In this document: one piece after another, positions 14,344 to 26,764 of the stretch
Numbering within the stretch: the stretch's first letter is position 1
Layout: each line of letters starts with the position of its first letter
DNA from: Dictyostelium discoideum
Taxonomy: Eukaryota
DNA length: 64,000 bases
Assembly (NCBI GenBank): GCA_000004695.1
Contig: CM000152.2
Location: 5,504,001-5,568,000 of the forward strand
Reading direction: 5' to 3'
Translations under genes and position numbers: made by a program
The notes under the pieces: generated by a model
What the model was told of the DNA's origin: nothing
Seen by the model: only the letters and a program-made list of their open reading frames with translations
Databases searched by the model: none

Positions 14344-15054
14344 AAAAAATGTGAAACCATCATCAAAAATTCAACAAGATAAATCATCAAACCAATATTT
14401 AATATTCTTTCTTATTAATAATTGGAGATGATATTGATATCCAATTTAATATCAATAATTTAATCAATTTACAAATTATTTATATCAATAGTCAAAAACT
14501 CTGGCTCATTTGGTTTTATTAATAATGGTAAATAACTTTATCTCTGATTTAAAGATAATTAATTAAATCTAATTTAAATTAATTTTACCACAATTAAATC
14601 TGATTTAAATTAATTTTACCACAATTAAATTCAATCTCTTAAGTAGTTTCAATTGATTGAAATATTATTAAAACTATACCTTTGAATTGGGTTTTTATTT
14701 ATTCATTTATTTATTTATCTATTAATTTATTTATTGATAATAAATAGAAAAAAATAAAAGGATAATAATAATAACTGCTTGAATCAAGTTTGATCTTTGG
14801 CTAACGTTTAATGAAGATGAAAACAAAATGATTTATTTTCTACTGAAATGATGTTTTGGGTGGATTAAAAAAAAAAGAAAATAATATTAAAAAAAAAAAA
14901 AAAAAGAAAAATATTTAAAATTTTTGCTAATAAAAAATAATTTTTTTTATTTATTTGCATTATGGTTTCTCGTAATATAAAAAAACAAAAAAAATTGAAT
15001 AATCCATTCAAGAATCGAACATATGATCTCCATATTGTTTTAAATAAATAAGTG

Positions 15055-15125
15055 GGGAGATCCGAGAATCGAACTCAGGACGCTACCACCCAAAGGTAGC
15101 ATTATACCACTTAACTAATCTCCCA
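15055..15125 (-). tRNA. tRNA-Pro (anticodon UGG), second copy, convergent with the first
   Basis: The plus strand is the exact reverse complement of the 14229-14299 tRNA ('GGGGAGATCCGAGAATCGAACTCAGGACGCTACCACCCAAAGGTAGCATTATACCACTTAACTAATCTCCC'). The flanks are also inverted copies. An ex-B-like box lies at 15009-15027 ('CAAGAATCGAACATATGAT'). Confidence 0.85.
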
Positions 15126-15408
15126 TTTTGATGTTTTTTTAAATTTTATGCCCCAAATCCTCTCGAATATTTTTTCAGCTTAACTACCTCGTCAATCAAT
15201 AAAAATTCCATAGGTGGATATTGATCAATAATGTGCCCAATAATTCACCAATCAACAAGTTTAATTACATTCAATAAAAAATAAAATAATAATGGAACTT
15301 AAATACACATTTTTAGCCTCCAAAGCTTAAGAATATCTATTTTACATAAATAACCTGTTTATTTAGATTGATCAAAAAGTTTATTTTTTAATTTATTAAT
15401 ATTCACCG

Positions 15409-16119
<711 letters not shown>

Positions 16120-16193
16120 TAATAATATTAATTTTTTTTTTTTTTTTTTTTTGTGAGATGGAGTTGAAATTAAAGAATTAAAAAAAAAAAAAA

Positions 16194-18013
16194 TTAAAAA
16201 AAATAAAAAAAAAAAAAACAATTATTGGAAAGGTATTTCAATTTTATTTTGCTATTATTTTGAGACGGTAAAAAGGGATTTTTAAGAAATTTTTTTTTTG
16301 AATATTTAATTACAGTTGATAACTTTGTGGATCCTAATATAATAGATCCTGATTCTTTGGTGACATTCCATTCATTAATGTCGATTTGAGGGTTAATTTC
16401 ATTTAATAATTTTGATTTTATGTCAACAATCATTGCTAATGATAAAGTGTTTGAATCAATTTGTTTTGATTTTGTAGAAGAAGGAGAAGAAGAAGAAAAT
16501 TGACTTTAAATTAATAAATTATTATTATTAATTAATAAATTTGAGAAATCTTTTGATTTACTAATTAAATCTATTTCATTTTTTACTTAATTGAAAAGCT
16601 CTTGTTAATAATCTAAGATATTGAATTTCTTTTGAGATATCTTTAAAAATTTCGTTTTCTTTATAGTTTTTAATGATGAAAGTGTCACGTTCATTGAATG
16701 ATAAATGATTTCCACTATTTCTAATTATTTCTTTAACTTTTCTATTTGAAAAAGCATCAGTAAAAGTTATACATAATAATGGTGTAATACCTAATGAAAG
16801 TACTTCTTTTATTTTATTATCAATAAATTGAATTCTTGGAAAAGCTAAGAAATCACGAATTGATACAATGAAAATGAAACAATTGATACTATAACGTTGA
16901 TCTGGTGGTAAGATAATACAATCATTGAATTTGGTACCATGGTGTATCTTGCCATCAGCCTTCATTTTTAATATAACATCAGTAACACCCAAACCCCAAA
17001 AAATCAGAACAAGAAACATTAATATTATTAAATGATTTTTGAATTGGGGAAAGGTTATCTTTTGATGATAATAAATCTTTAAGTGAAATATTATTTATGC
17101 TCGTTGTTATTTTAGTACTCCTAGACCTATTTACCATAAAATAATCCTCTAATTGGTTGTCTGGATTGAAAAGATTAACAAGACCATTCAACAAAGAACT
17201 TATACGATTCACCAAAATCTAAATCTCTTTTCAATTGAATAGTGAAACTTGAGTAATATTTATTTGATAAGAATTTAACTATTGTACCTGATGGTATTGA
17301 AAATTGACCATCTGGTTTTATTATAACATCTAATAATAAATCATCATAAATTAATTTAGTTTCATTTGAATTTGGATAAACCTCAATATTGAATGGAAAA
17401 TTCAAATATGGATCTTTACTACCACCATTAATCAATAATTTTATATCTTGATTAAAATTCTTTTCCAATTGAATTATTTTTTGATCTGGTAAAATTGATT
17501 GTAAATTATTAATAACAACAATATTTAGATTTGTGATTAAACTACAATTACATGCCAATCCATAGATTTCAACATTATCCAAGCTTAAATTGTCTAAAAA
17601 ACCATTAACTGAATCATCTGTCGATTTACCTGAACTAAAAATTAAAATCTTTGAATTAAAATCACTTGGTTCCCAACTTGATTCTAATATACCTTCAAAA
17701 CACAATTCCATTGCTTCACCCAATTTCGCTTCATTATTTGTTTTTGAAAATTTTATATCTTTTAAACCTTCTTTAATTTTTTCTTGTTCTGATTCAAACT
17801 CTAAAATTGTTTCAACACTCTCACCATATGTTATAATTTACAATCAATATTGAATTTTTCAAGTTGAGTAATGAAATACTTGATAATTACATTAAAAATT
17901 GACATCTGTGATGATGTTTCAATTAAAATTGAAAAATAATTAATTTTATTATTATTAATTTTAATCTCTGTTTTGAGGGTATTTCTATTTTTTTTTTCAT
18001 TTCCACCTTTCAT
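16194..18013 (-). pseudogene. Degenerate, frame-disrupted vWA-domain gene, paralogous to the intact vWA gene immediately upstream at 18317..20513
   Basis: Four consecutive ORF pieces on the minus strand, each in a different frame: 18013-17831, 17830-17175, 17215-16979 and 17019-16576. The frame switches at 17215-17175 and 17019-16979 lie in overlapping stretches containing homopolymer runs. At 17831 the first frame ends at a TAA, leaving only a 24-nt GT..AG candidate between the pieces. No AT-rich intron sequence separates the pieces. The pieces align in order to the neighbouring gene. 'YFSILIETSSQM' matches 'FVIFCIDISGSM', but the MIDAS DxSxS has been lost. '...EAKLGEAMELC...ILIFSSGKSTDDS' matches '...STALGSAVAAC...IIICTDGQSNMG'. 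'VEIYGLACN' matches 'ISVLTIKGTD'. A possible spliced tail exists at 16505..16194. Confidence 0.4.
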
Positions 18014-18316
18014 TATTTTGTTTTTTTTATGATTTTATAAAAATAAATAAAAAAAAAAAAACAATTTATATTCATTAAAAAAAAAAAAAAAAAAAAATAT
18101 GAAAGGAAAAGTGTTTTTTCCAAATATGGTAATATTAATATTAAAATGGGTAAAAGATTTTATTCATTTTAATGTATTTTATTTAATATTCCTTTTTTAT
18201 TAAAAAATAAAAAAATAAAATAAAATAAGTCTAATTTTATATTTTTAAATTTATTAATTTTGAAGCTATTAATTTTTATTATACAATTTAATTTTGGTTT
18301 TTTTTTTTTTTTTAGT

Positions 18317-20217
18317 TTAAATGAATTTTTTCTTTGATTTTGTACTATTCATATTTGACATATTATAAAGCATATTAGCAGTTGCATCATCACGATTTTG
18401 TTGACGTGATTTTAATCTATCACCACTTGAATTATAACTCTTTTCATTTGAAACAGTATTTGATAGTTGAGTTTCAATATCTTGAGCTTGTTGCATATAA
18501 TTTGACATTGAATCGATTTCATCTGAATCGACTTTAGTAGCCTTTTGTTTCTTCATCATTACCTTTTGCATAAGTCCAGCATGTGAATAATTTTTAGCAC
18601 GAGATTTTTCATAATCACCTGATGAAGCAATCTTTGTAGAGGTTTGAACCATATTAATACCCAATGCCTCGATGTTTGCATGTTCTTCAGCCAAATCAGA
18701 GCTTGTTGTAATCTCTTGAGTTTGAGTGATCATTCTTACACATTTCTTACCAGTGAGTGTTGTATAAAAGATTTGTAATTGGAATGGTATTGATTTCAAA
18801 GATTTATCAATTAATTTAGAGGATCTAACACCATATTCAAATGAAATTGTTGTGTCTTGATTTACATTACCAATCACTCTTTCAACAAAACTCTTTTCAG
18901 TATTATTATTATTATCAAAGTCACTAACGTAAAGACCTTTATGGAGGAATATCTTAACGGATACATTTGTTGCTAAAGTAGGTAAACTAAGAATTTCTTT
19001 GAAACCATCATTTAAATTGATTGGATCCATAATGTTAACTTCACCACCGGTATTATTTGCCAATTTACCAATCACTTCAAGTTTAGTATCGGTACCTTTA
19101 ATGGTGAGTACACTAATGGAAGTACCACTTCTTTGAGCCATATTTGCAATTTGTTCAAATACCATTTGTTGTTTTTCTGGTGCTTCAGTTGCACCTAAAC
19201 CCATATTTGATTGACCATCGGTACAAATGATAATTTGTGAACCTCTTGAACCACCGGTAATACCAACACAAGCTGCAACTGCAGAACCTAAGGCAGTGCT
19301 ACCACTACCTCTTAATGTTTTAACCTTTTCCAATAATGAATTCTTTGTTTTTGAAACTGGATTATTCATTTGTAATAAACCACCTTCTTCAACCAATTGA
19401 GAGAGGTCTAATAATTTAGCTTTATCACTGATTGTAACTGGTTCAGTTGAGCCATCACCAAACATTGTAACCTTATCACTAAATGTTACGATACCAACAC
19501 GTTTATTTGGATACTTTTCAGCGATACTTTCAATTTGATGTAATAAACCAATTTGAACACATTGTAAACGTGAAACATAACTAACCTTTGTAAGAGCAGC
19601 TAGTTTTTCAGGAATTTCATTATCGTAAATACCTGAATTTGATACTAATGAACTTGGAATTGATAAACCATTTACAGATTGTGTAACTTCCATACTACCA
19701 CTAATATCAATACAAAAGATTACAAATGAATCATCTTTTTCATTCTTTTCTTTTTCATCTTTTTCTTTTTCTTCTTTAGTTTTATTGTTGTTGTTGTTAT
19801 TGTTGTTATCACCAACTGGTTCAGATTCTAAAATATAATCAATTATATTTGTTTGTGGTATTTCTTCTTTATCAATGACAATTTCATTCTCTTCATAACA
19901 AAATTCACATTTCCAAGTTTTATTTCCATCGAAACCACCATCAGTTGGAATATTTGGATGCTTTTTACCATCATTTAATGTTATCTCTTTTAATGCATTG
20001 ATATTGCTGAAACCACAATTACATTTTTTACAAAAGTAACCATCACCAGTTTGAATAGATGATTCCTTTGCAACTGTACCTAAATTGACTACTAATACAT
20101 TGGTTGTTGCTTTCTTTATTTTAGCTTTAAGTTGATTTGGTGCACGATTATTCATTGGTGCTGGTGGTGGTGCTTGTGGTGCTGCTGATCTACCAAAAAT
20201 ACTAAAGAATCCTCTTG

Positions 20218-20283
<66 letters not shown>

Positions 20284-20513
20284 GAGGTTGTTGAGGTTGT
20301 TGAGGTTGTTGAGGTTGTTGAGGTTGAGCACCTTGAAAGAAAATATTGCTATCTATTTTTTTAAAAAAAAAAAAAAAAAAAAACAAATGATAAAAATTTA
20401 ATTAATATTTTGAAATAAAAAATAATAATAATAATAATAGTAATAAACTTACCAACAACAAATTCTTCCTCTTCATCATCTTGAACAAAAGTATATTTTG
20501 AACCACAATTCAT
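18317..20513 (-). CDS. von Willebrand factor A (vWA) domain protein with an N-terminal poly-Q/PQ tract and a C4 zinc-ribbon, 2 exons: complement(join(18317..20352,20453..20513))
   Basis: Exon 1 reads MNCGSKYTFVQDDEEEEFVV and ends at a GTAAGT donor (phase 1). The acceptor is aaaaaaatag. Exon 2 starts DSNIFFQGAQPQQPQQ...Q26. It then carries CxxC pairs ('FCKKCNC...WKCEFC'). It then carries a vWA domain with an intact MIDAS motif ('FVIFCIDISGSMEV', 'GSTALGSAVAAC', 'IIICTDGQSNMGLG', 'ISVLTIKGTDTKLEVIGKLANNTGG'). A beta-rich and then a helical C-terminal region follow. The zinc-ribbon to vWA-trunk to beta-barrel to helical order resembles Sec23/24. This resemblance is inference only. Confidence 0.7.
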
Positions 20514-21042
20514 TTTTTGTATTTATTTTTATTTGTTTTTATTTATTTGTTTAATTTTTTTGATTTATTAAAATGATTTTATGAAAAAAAAAAAAAAATA
20601 AAAAATAAAAATCAGTGGCTTTTTATAATTTTTAAATTATTCTGAAAATTTTCTCACCACTTTTATTTTTTTTTTTTTTTTTCTTTGAAAAAAAATATTT
20701 GAAATTAAAAGCATTGCTCAAAAATGTGAGTGTACAAAAAGATACTTTTTTTAAACACTTCCAAATTGGAATTAAAAATATAATATTTTTTAATTTAAAA
20801 AATCTTGATATTTTATTTATTTATTTTTTTTGTTTTTATATTTGTTATTTGTTATTTTCATTTTCATTTTTTTTTTTTTTTTTAATTTTATTTTTGGAAT
20901 TTTTTTCATTTATCATTTTTTATTTTTATTTTTTATTTTTATTTTTATTTTTATTTTTTTTTTTTATTTTTTTTTTTTTTTTTTTCAATTATTTTTGTTA
21001 TTTCAATAATTTTTGGGAAATTGGTTTTTTTTTTATTTTTAA

Positions 21043-22594
21043 ATGGTAGCTCAAAGACATTATTATCCAAATTTAAATGATTTACCAAAAGAAATATTAG
21101 TAATTATATTCACACATGTTTTCAATTTATTAAAAAAAGATAAATGTAGAAATCTTAATTCAAAATTTTTTCAAAATGTTTTCATCAGTAAATCAATTGG
21201 TAATTCACTTTTAAATAGTACAGAGTTTTGGATAATATTGATATCTTCTTATATATTTAAAGATATTCTTATTTTTACATCAAATAAATTGGATAGAAAT
21301 GTTTATAATTTAGTTTATTATTGTGCGAGTCAATGTAAAATTAGAGATTATTTTAATAGAAATATTAAAGGTCAAAGACTTCAAACTGTATGTATATGAA
21401 TATAAATAATGAAAAAAAAATAAAATAAAATAAAATAAAATAAAATTTTAATTATATAATAATTATATATAGAAAATTCAAAGTAGTAAATATATGAATT
21501 TAAAAACAGCAGTTTGTTCAATACCATTTGAGAGTAGTTTTATAGTTGGTGGATTGGGTACTAATAAATATCCATTTTTAAGAGCATTCAATTATAAAGG
21601 TGAAGAACAAATCAATTATTTACAAATGAATAGAGTTGGTGCTTATGAAAATAAACCAATTGAATCAATTTCATGTAGGAATAAAGTATTGGCATTTAGT
21701 GTGTTGGGTAGTGATATTATATCAATTTGTAAGACCAATGACTTGAATGAAGATAAATGTGGTTATTTACAATATGAGACTATTAGAACCTCATGCACAG
21801 GTGAAAGAAGTAGGGTAAAGTTAAGTCCGGCCGACGAGAATAAATTAGCTATTGGTGGTAGTGATGGGTCGGTGCATATCTATGATTTGAATCGTATACT
21901 TTCAAACACTGATGACGATGACCAATACGAAGGCAATGAATACATTACAGTCATATCGGAGTGGGGTTTCATGAATAACAAGCTACCAGTTTGGGACTCT
22001 TGTTTCACAAATGATGGTAGAGGTTTATTCGTAGTGGGCGAGTCAGTTCTCAATTGTAGCGATTACTATAAGAATACCGGTTTCGTTAGATACTGGGACA
22101 CCAGACAAGATCCGAATAAAATGGTATGGCAATTAAGGGAAGGTATTGAAGTTGGTGGTATCTCACAATCCCAAGATTCAAATTGTATAGCCTACGTAAT
22201 GAGAGGTGGTTTGGTTAGAGTATTCGATCTACGTTCTCCAAATAATCCACTGGCATTATTCACACCAGAGTCTTCATTAAACTATAACTTTACTTTAAAA
22301 TCTCCATTCAATAGAGACGCTATAGCTTGGATACCCGGTGGATGTGATAATATAGTCTCCTCTTTTTACAATGAAATCAATGTATGGTCAATGGCTGAAG
22401 GTGAAGATACTTGTACCATCATGGTTGATAAATATAGAACCCAAGATAATAATCATAATCAATTAGATATAACTGATGATGGTTTATTACTTTGTTCCAA
22501 TGATACAATTTATTCTCTAAATGATATCAGTGATAAATCAATCATTGATTATTTAGATAATCAAAAAAAAGAAAAAGAAATTGAAAGTGATTAA
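21043..22594 (+). CDS. F-box/WD40-repeat protein, 2 exons: join(21043..21387,21473..22594)
   Basis: Exon 1 reads 'MVAQRHYYPNLNDLPKEILVIIFTHVFNLL...' (F-box-like LPxEIL..IF) and ends at a GTATGT donor at 21388, phase 0. The acceptor is tatatag at 21472. Exon 2 carries WD-repeat-like units: 'IGGSDGSVHIYDL', 'VRYWDTR', 'GGLVRVFDLRS', 'NEINVWSM'. Confidence 0.6.
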
Positions 22595-22719
22595 ATAATA
22601 ATAAAAATTAATAAATAATAAATAATAATAATAATAATAATTTTTTTTTTTTTTTTTCTTAAAAACAAAAACTATATCTAATCTTTATTTGATTTTCTTT
22701 TATTTTTATTTTTTTTTTT

Positions 22720-24464
22720 TCAAAATAAATCAGATTTAAAATCAATTTCCCAAGTGTTTGGACCTAATTCCATTTCTTTATCAGTTAATAAACATTGATC
22801 TAATTTTTTAATGATTGTATCTTTATCAAAACCATTTGATTGTAAACCAACGATTGACAATTCAATCTTTCTATCTTGATATTTAAATAATTTAATTTCT
22901 CTTTCAATATTTTCTTTAATTGCTGGATTCCATTCACTTTCTTTCATTGTTGACCAAAATGGACGTTTATTACCAATCATTTCTTTACCTTCAAGCTTTT
23001 TTTAAAAAAAATTATTAATAATTTATTTATTATTATTTATTTATTATTATTTATTTAAATTATTATTTTTAAAATATTTAAATATTTACAATTTCAAAAT
23101 TATATTTATTTTTCATATCATTTGCTAACCAAATTAAACCAGTTGTTAATAAAACACCTTTAAAATTTGTTGTTAAATTTAATTGATTATTTTCATTCTT
23201 TTCAATTGTATCATATAATAATTTATGTAAACGAATTGGATGAAATGGTTTTCTTTGATAATAATTTACAATTGAAATACCAGTTTCAGTATCAGTTTCA
23301 CTCTCTAATTTGTAATCTCTAATGGTTACAACATAGTTAAAGAGTAATTGAAAATTTGGTATCTTACAATAACTAGTTTCAATAACTAATGATGATGATA
23401 TTAAATTTAATAATTTTCCAATAAATTCTAATTTTGATTTTTCAATTTTATCAATTTTATTTAAAATTATAATATTTGAAATTGATATCTATTAAAATAT
23501 ATATATATATATTAGTTTTATATACATGTATATTACTATTTAATAATAGTGATAATAATAAATAATAATAATAATACAAACTTGTTCTAAAATTAAAGTT
23601 GAAACTAATTTATCTGATGATTTAACTAACTCATCAATATCAGCATCTAAATCTTTAAGATCATCAATTTCATCATTTTGATCATCACAACATTCTTTTT
23701 GACAACCTTTACCACATTCTAATTTTGTATCTTTTTGTTTTGTACTACTACTACAAACACCTTTTTCATCACAACATGATGAATGATCATGTTTTTCTAA
23801 TTGTTGTTTTTCAAATTTCTCACTTAATTCTTTTTCATAATTTTTATCATCAATATCTTGATTATCAATTTCTTCACCTTCTTCTTCTTCACCATCTTCT
23901 TCATTTGACATAATTTTCATGATATCTCCAACTTTTTTATCAGATTTTAAATCATCTAATAATGATTCAGCATCTAATATACAAACTACATTTATTAATT
24001 TTACACTCTAAAAATAAAATAAAATTGTTGTGTGTTAATTATAATAATTGTTGTTGTTGTTATTGTTGTTTATTAATTTTATTTTATAAATTGATACATA
24101 CTGAAATGAAATCACCTAAAGAACCTTCCATTTCATCAGCACATGATAAAACTTCTAATAAAAATGTACTTTCAAATGGATGAGAAAAGAAGATAACTTT
24201 ATCAAATTTACCTTTTTTTAATATAAAATCACCAATAAATTCTTCTTCCATAACTGTAACTATTGACCCATTTTGTAATTCGATACATGTATCTTCAACC
24301 AATGTTTTATAACCATTAGATTCATCCAATACTGATTGAGGTAATGTTCCAACTCCATCAAATAAATATGCAACCTTTAATCCTAAATTATCTTTTCTAA
24401 TACTATGATAAAGTGATGCTTTACCAGTATTAATAAATCCAATCACTACAATTGCATCTGTCAT
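22720..24464 (-). CDS. COG0523 / CobW-family (ZNG1/CBWD-like) protein with a degenerate P-loop and no CxCC motif, 4 exons: complement(join(22720..22995,23090..23488,23582..24007,24102..24464))
   Basis: The protein aligns over its whole length to human ZNG1/CBWD1. 'IVVIGFINTGKASLYHSI' matches 'VTIITGYLGAGKTTLLNYI'. 'IELQNGSIVTV' matches 'LELRNGCLCCSV'. 'LKKGKFDKVIFFSHPFES' matches 'MQKKGKFDYILLETTGLADP'. 'VKLINVVCILDAES' matches 'LDGIITIVDSKY'. 'DKLVSTLILEQ|ISISNIIILNKIDKI' matches 'ATRQVALADAILINKTDLV'. The C-terminal 'GLIWLA...RKIELSIVGLQSNGFDKDTIIKKLDQCLL' matches CobW_C. A Cys/His-rich acidic linker is present ('HDHSSCCDEKGVCSS...ECGKGCQKECCDD'). Donors are GTATGT, GTTTGT and GTAAAT. Phases were checked against the track ORFs. 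Confidence 0.75.
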
Positions 24465-24629
24465 TTTTTTTTTTAATTTTATATTGTTTAAAAAAAATTA
24501 AAACAAAAAAAAAAAATTAAAAAAAAAAAAACAATTCTAAGTGATCACATTGAAAAAAAAAAAAAAAAACCGAAAAAAAGGTGTTTTGTTTTTTTTTGAT
24601 TAATTTATTTTTAGTTTTTTTTTTTTTTT

Positions 24630-25766
24630 TTATTTTGTAGATGAAGATTTTGTAAATTTTAAAGCATCTAAAAAATTTGACATTGAAATATTATTTATAT
24701 TAATATCATTTCTTAATGCTAATAAAGCAGTTTCTTTACAAAGATTATTAATATCTGCACCATTGAAACCTTGAGTTAATTCTGATAATTGAATGAAATC
24801 TACACTTTCATCCAATGGCATTGATTTAGTTATTTTTTTGAAAATATCTAAACGTGCTTCTTTATTTGGATTTGGTATTTCAATATGATAATCAAATCTA
24901 CCAGGTCTAAGTATTGATGGATCTAATAAATCAATACGAGTTGTTGCTGCTAATACAATTGATTGATTGCTATTATTATTATTGTTGTTGTTACCACTAC
25001 CACCACCACCATAAATACCATCAATTTCAGTTAAAAGACATGATAATAAACGATCAGATGATTGTTCAGAAGAATCATCAAAACCTCTTAATTTTGCTAA
25101 AACTTCCACTTGATCCAAGAATAAAATACAAGGTGAACTTTCACGTAAAGTTTTGAATAATTTTGAAAGGTTTTTTTCACTTGCTCCAACCACTGGATCA
25201 ATGATATCAGTTGATGAGATTGATATGAAATTTATATTTGGCGATGATGATGCAATTGCACGAGCAATTAAACTTTTACCATTTCCAGGTGGTCCATATA
25301 ATAATACTCCACTTGGCGATTTAATACCTAACCTATCCAATACACTCTTATTCAACATTGGTGTTAATATTGATGATTTGATTTTTTCAATTATTTCATC
25401 TAATCCACCAATTTCATTGAACCCATTACCATTACCATTACCACCACCATCTCCATAACCAATGGTTGGTAATTTATATTGATTTAATATCGAGGGTTTT
25501 ACAAGCTCAAATGCTTTATTAAAATCGAATTTTTCAATTAAATTATAATCATGACAATCATTTCTTTTAATATTCACTAAAATAGCTTCTTTACATAAAC
25601 TATTTAAATCTGAACCTACATAACCATGTGTACATTCTCCCAAATATTCTGATAACTCTTTATAATGTATTTCATTATTTTTAAAATTTGGAAATTCTAA
25701 ATTAAAAAAAAAAATTAGTAAATTTGGTTTTAAAAAAAAAAATATAAAATTTAAAAAAAAAAATAA

Positions 25767-25799
<33 letters not shown>

Positions 25800-26592
25800 T
25801 ACTTTTAAATAATAAATATAAAATTTCTTTTCTATCATTTGGTGAAGGTATTGGTAAATTTAAAACTGAATCAAATTTTCCAATTGAAAAGAACGCTGTA
25901 TCTATAGATTCAATTCTTGATGTTACACCAATTACAAATACTGATCTTTTCTTACTATTATTTTCTAATAATGTTAAAAAATTTGAAACTACTCTTTGTT
26001 CAATATCTATAATTTTAATTTAAAACAATTAGAATTTTATTTATTTATTTATTATTTATTATTTATTATTTACATACACCCTAATGAATCATTTCTAATT
26101 TGTGAAATTGAATCAATCTCTTCAAAAACTAAAACAAATGGTGATTGACTACTTGCTGTATTGAATATACTTTCAATTAATTTTTCAGTATCTCCATCAT
26201 CTTTATTTTTTAAAAAAAAAGAGAGAGAGGGGTTAGTTTGAGGGAAAAATAAAAAAAAAATTAAAAAAAAAGAGTTTTAAAATTAATTTATTTTTACCTT
26301 TTTGAAATAGGTTTGATGAATTTATAATTTTATAATTTATTGATAATTTTGTTAAAATTGATTTTATTAATAATGATTTACCAATTCCTGATCTTCCATT
26401 TATTAGTATATTACATGGGTAGAATTGATCATCATTACCATCATCATTAATAATAATATTTCCAATTATATCCAATCCATCTAAATTAAATAAATCATTA
26501 ATTTTATCAACTATAAATGAAATTGTATTACCCAATCCTCCTACATTTTCATTGATCGATTTCTTTATATCTTCTAATTTTATGTTTTTCAT
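24630..26592 (-). CDS. AAA+ ATPase with two tandem AAA domains and no N-domain (Cdc48/AFG2 superfamily). D2 Walker B is naturally D-Q. 4 exons: complement(join(24630..25696,25803..26006,26078..26200,26298..26592))
   Basis: D1 has Walker A 'ILINGRSGIGKSLL' and Walker B 'FVLVFEEIDSI', then '...RVVSNFLTLLEN...VFVIGVTSRIESID'. D2 has Walker A 'GVLLYGPPGNGKSLIARAIA', Walker B 'CILFLDQVEVL' (Q where catalytic E is expected), then 'VLAATTRIDLLDPSILRPGRFD' and 'QGFNGADINNLCKETALLAL'. Introns use GTAAAA, GTATGT and GTATAC donors. The last intron carries a (TGTA)n run. Coordinates near 25800 may be off by 1. Confidence 0.7.
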
Positions 26593-26619
26593 TTCATTGT
26601 TGCTATTTTAAATAAACGT

Positions 26620-26693
<74 letters not shown>

Positions 26694-26764
26694 AAACAAA
26701 AAAGTGAAAAATAAAAAATAAAAATAAAAACACTTTTTTTTTTTGGTTTTGAAATTTTACAGTT

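Noticed and set aside
14312-15054. Possible TRE5/TRE3 or other retroelement between or next to the tRNA genes
   Set aside because: No ORF with reverse-transcriptase, endonuclease or gag-like sequence, no poly-A-terminated element and no target-site duplication are visible. The spacer is simple AT-rich sequence.
17823-17846. A 24-nt GT..AG segment ('gtaaattataacatatggtgagag') that would join the first two ORF pieces of the degenerate vWA gene
   Set aside because: Far too short for a spliceosomal intron here. The later frame switches occur in ORF overlaps with no intron-like sequence. I treat the locus as frame-disrupted.
23540-23920. Stand-alone acidic Cys/His-rich protein (track ORF MKIMSNEEDGEEEEG...)
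   Set aside because: It is in phase with flanking exons. It corresponds to the Cys/His-rich linker of COG0523 proteins, so it is exon 2 of the ZNG1-like gene.
25775-26023. Plus-strand ORF MYVCMYVC... across the (TGTA)n run
   Set aside because: It is antisense to, and partly intronic in, the tandem-AAA gene. It is a microsatellite translation artefact.
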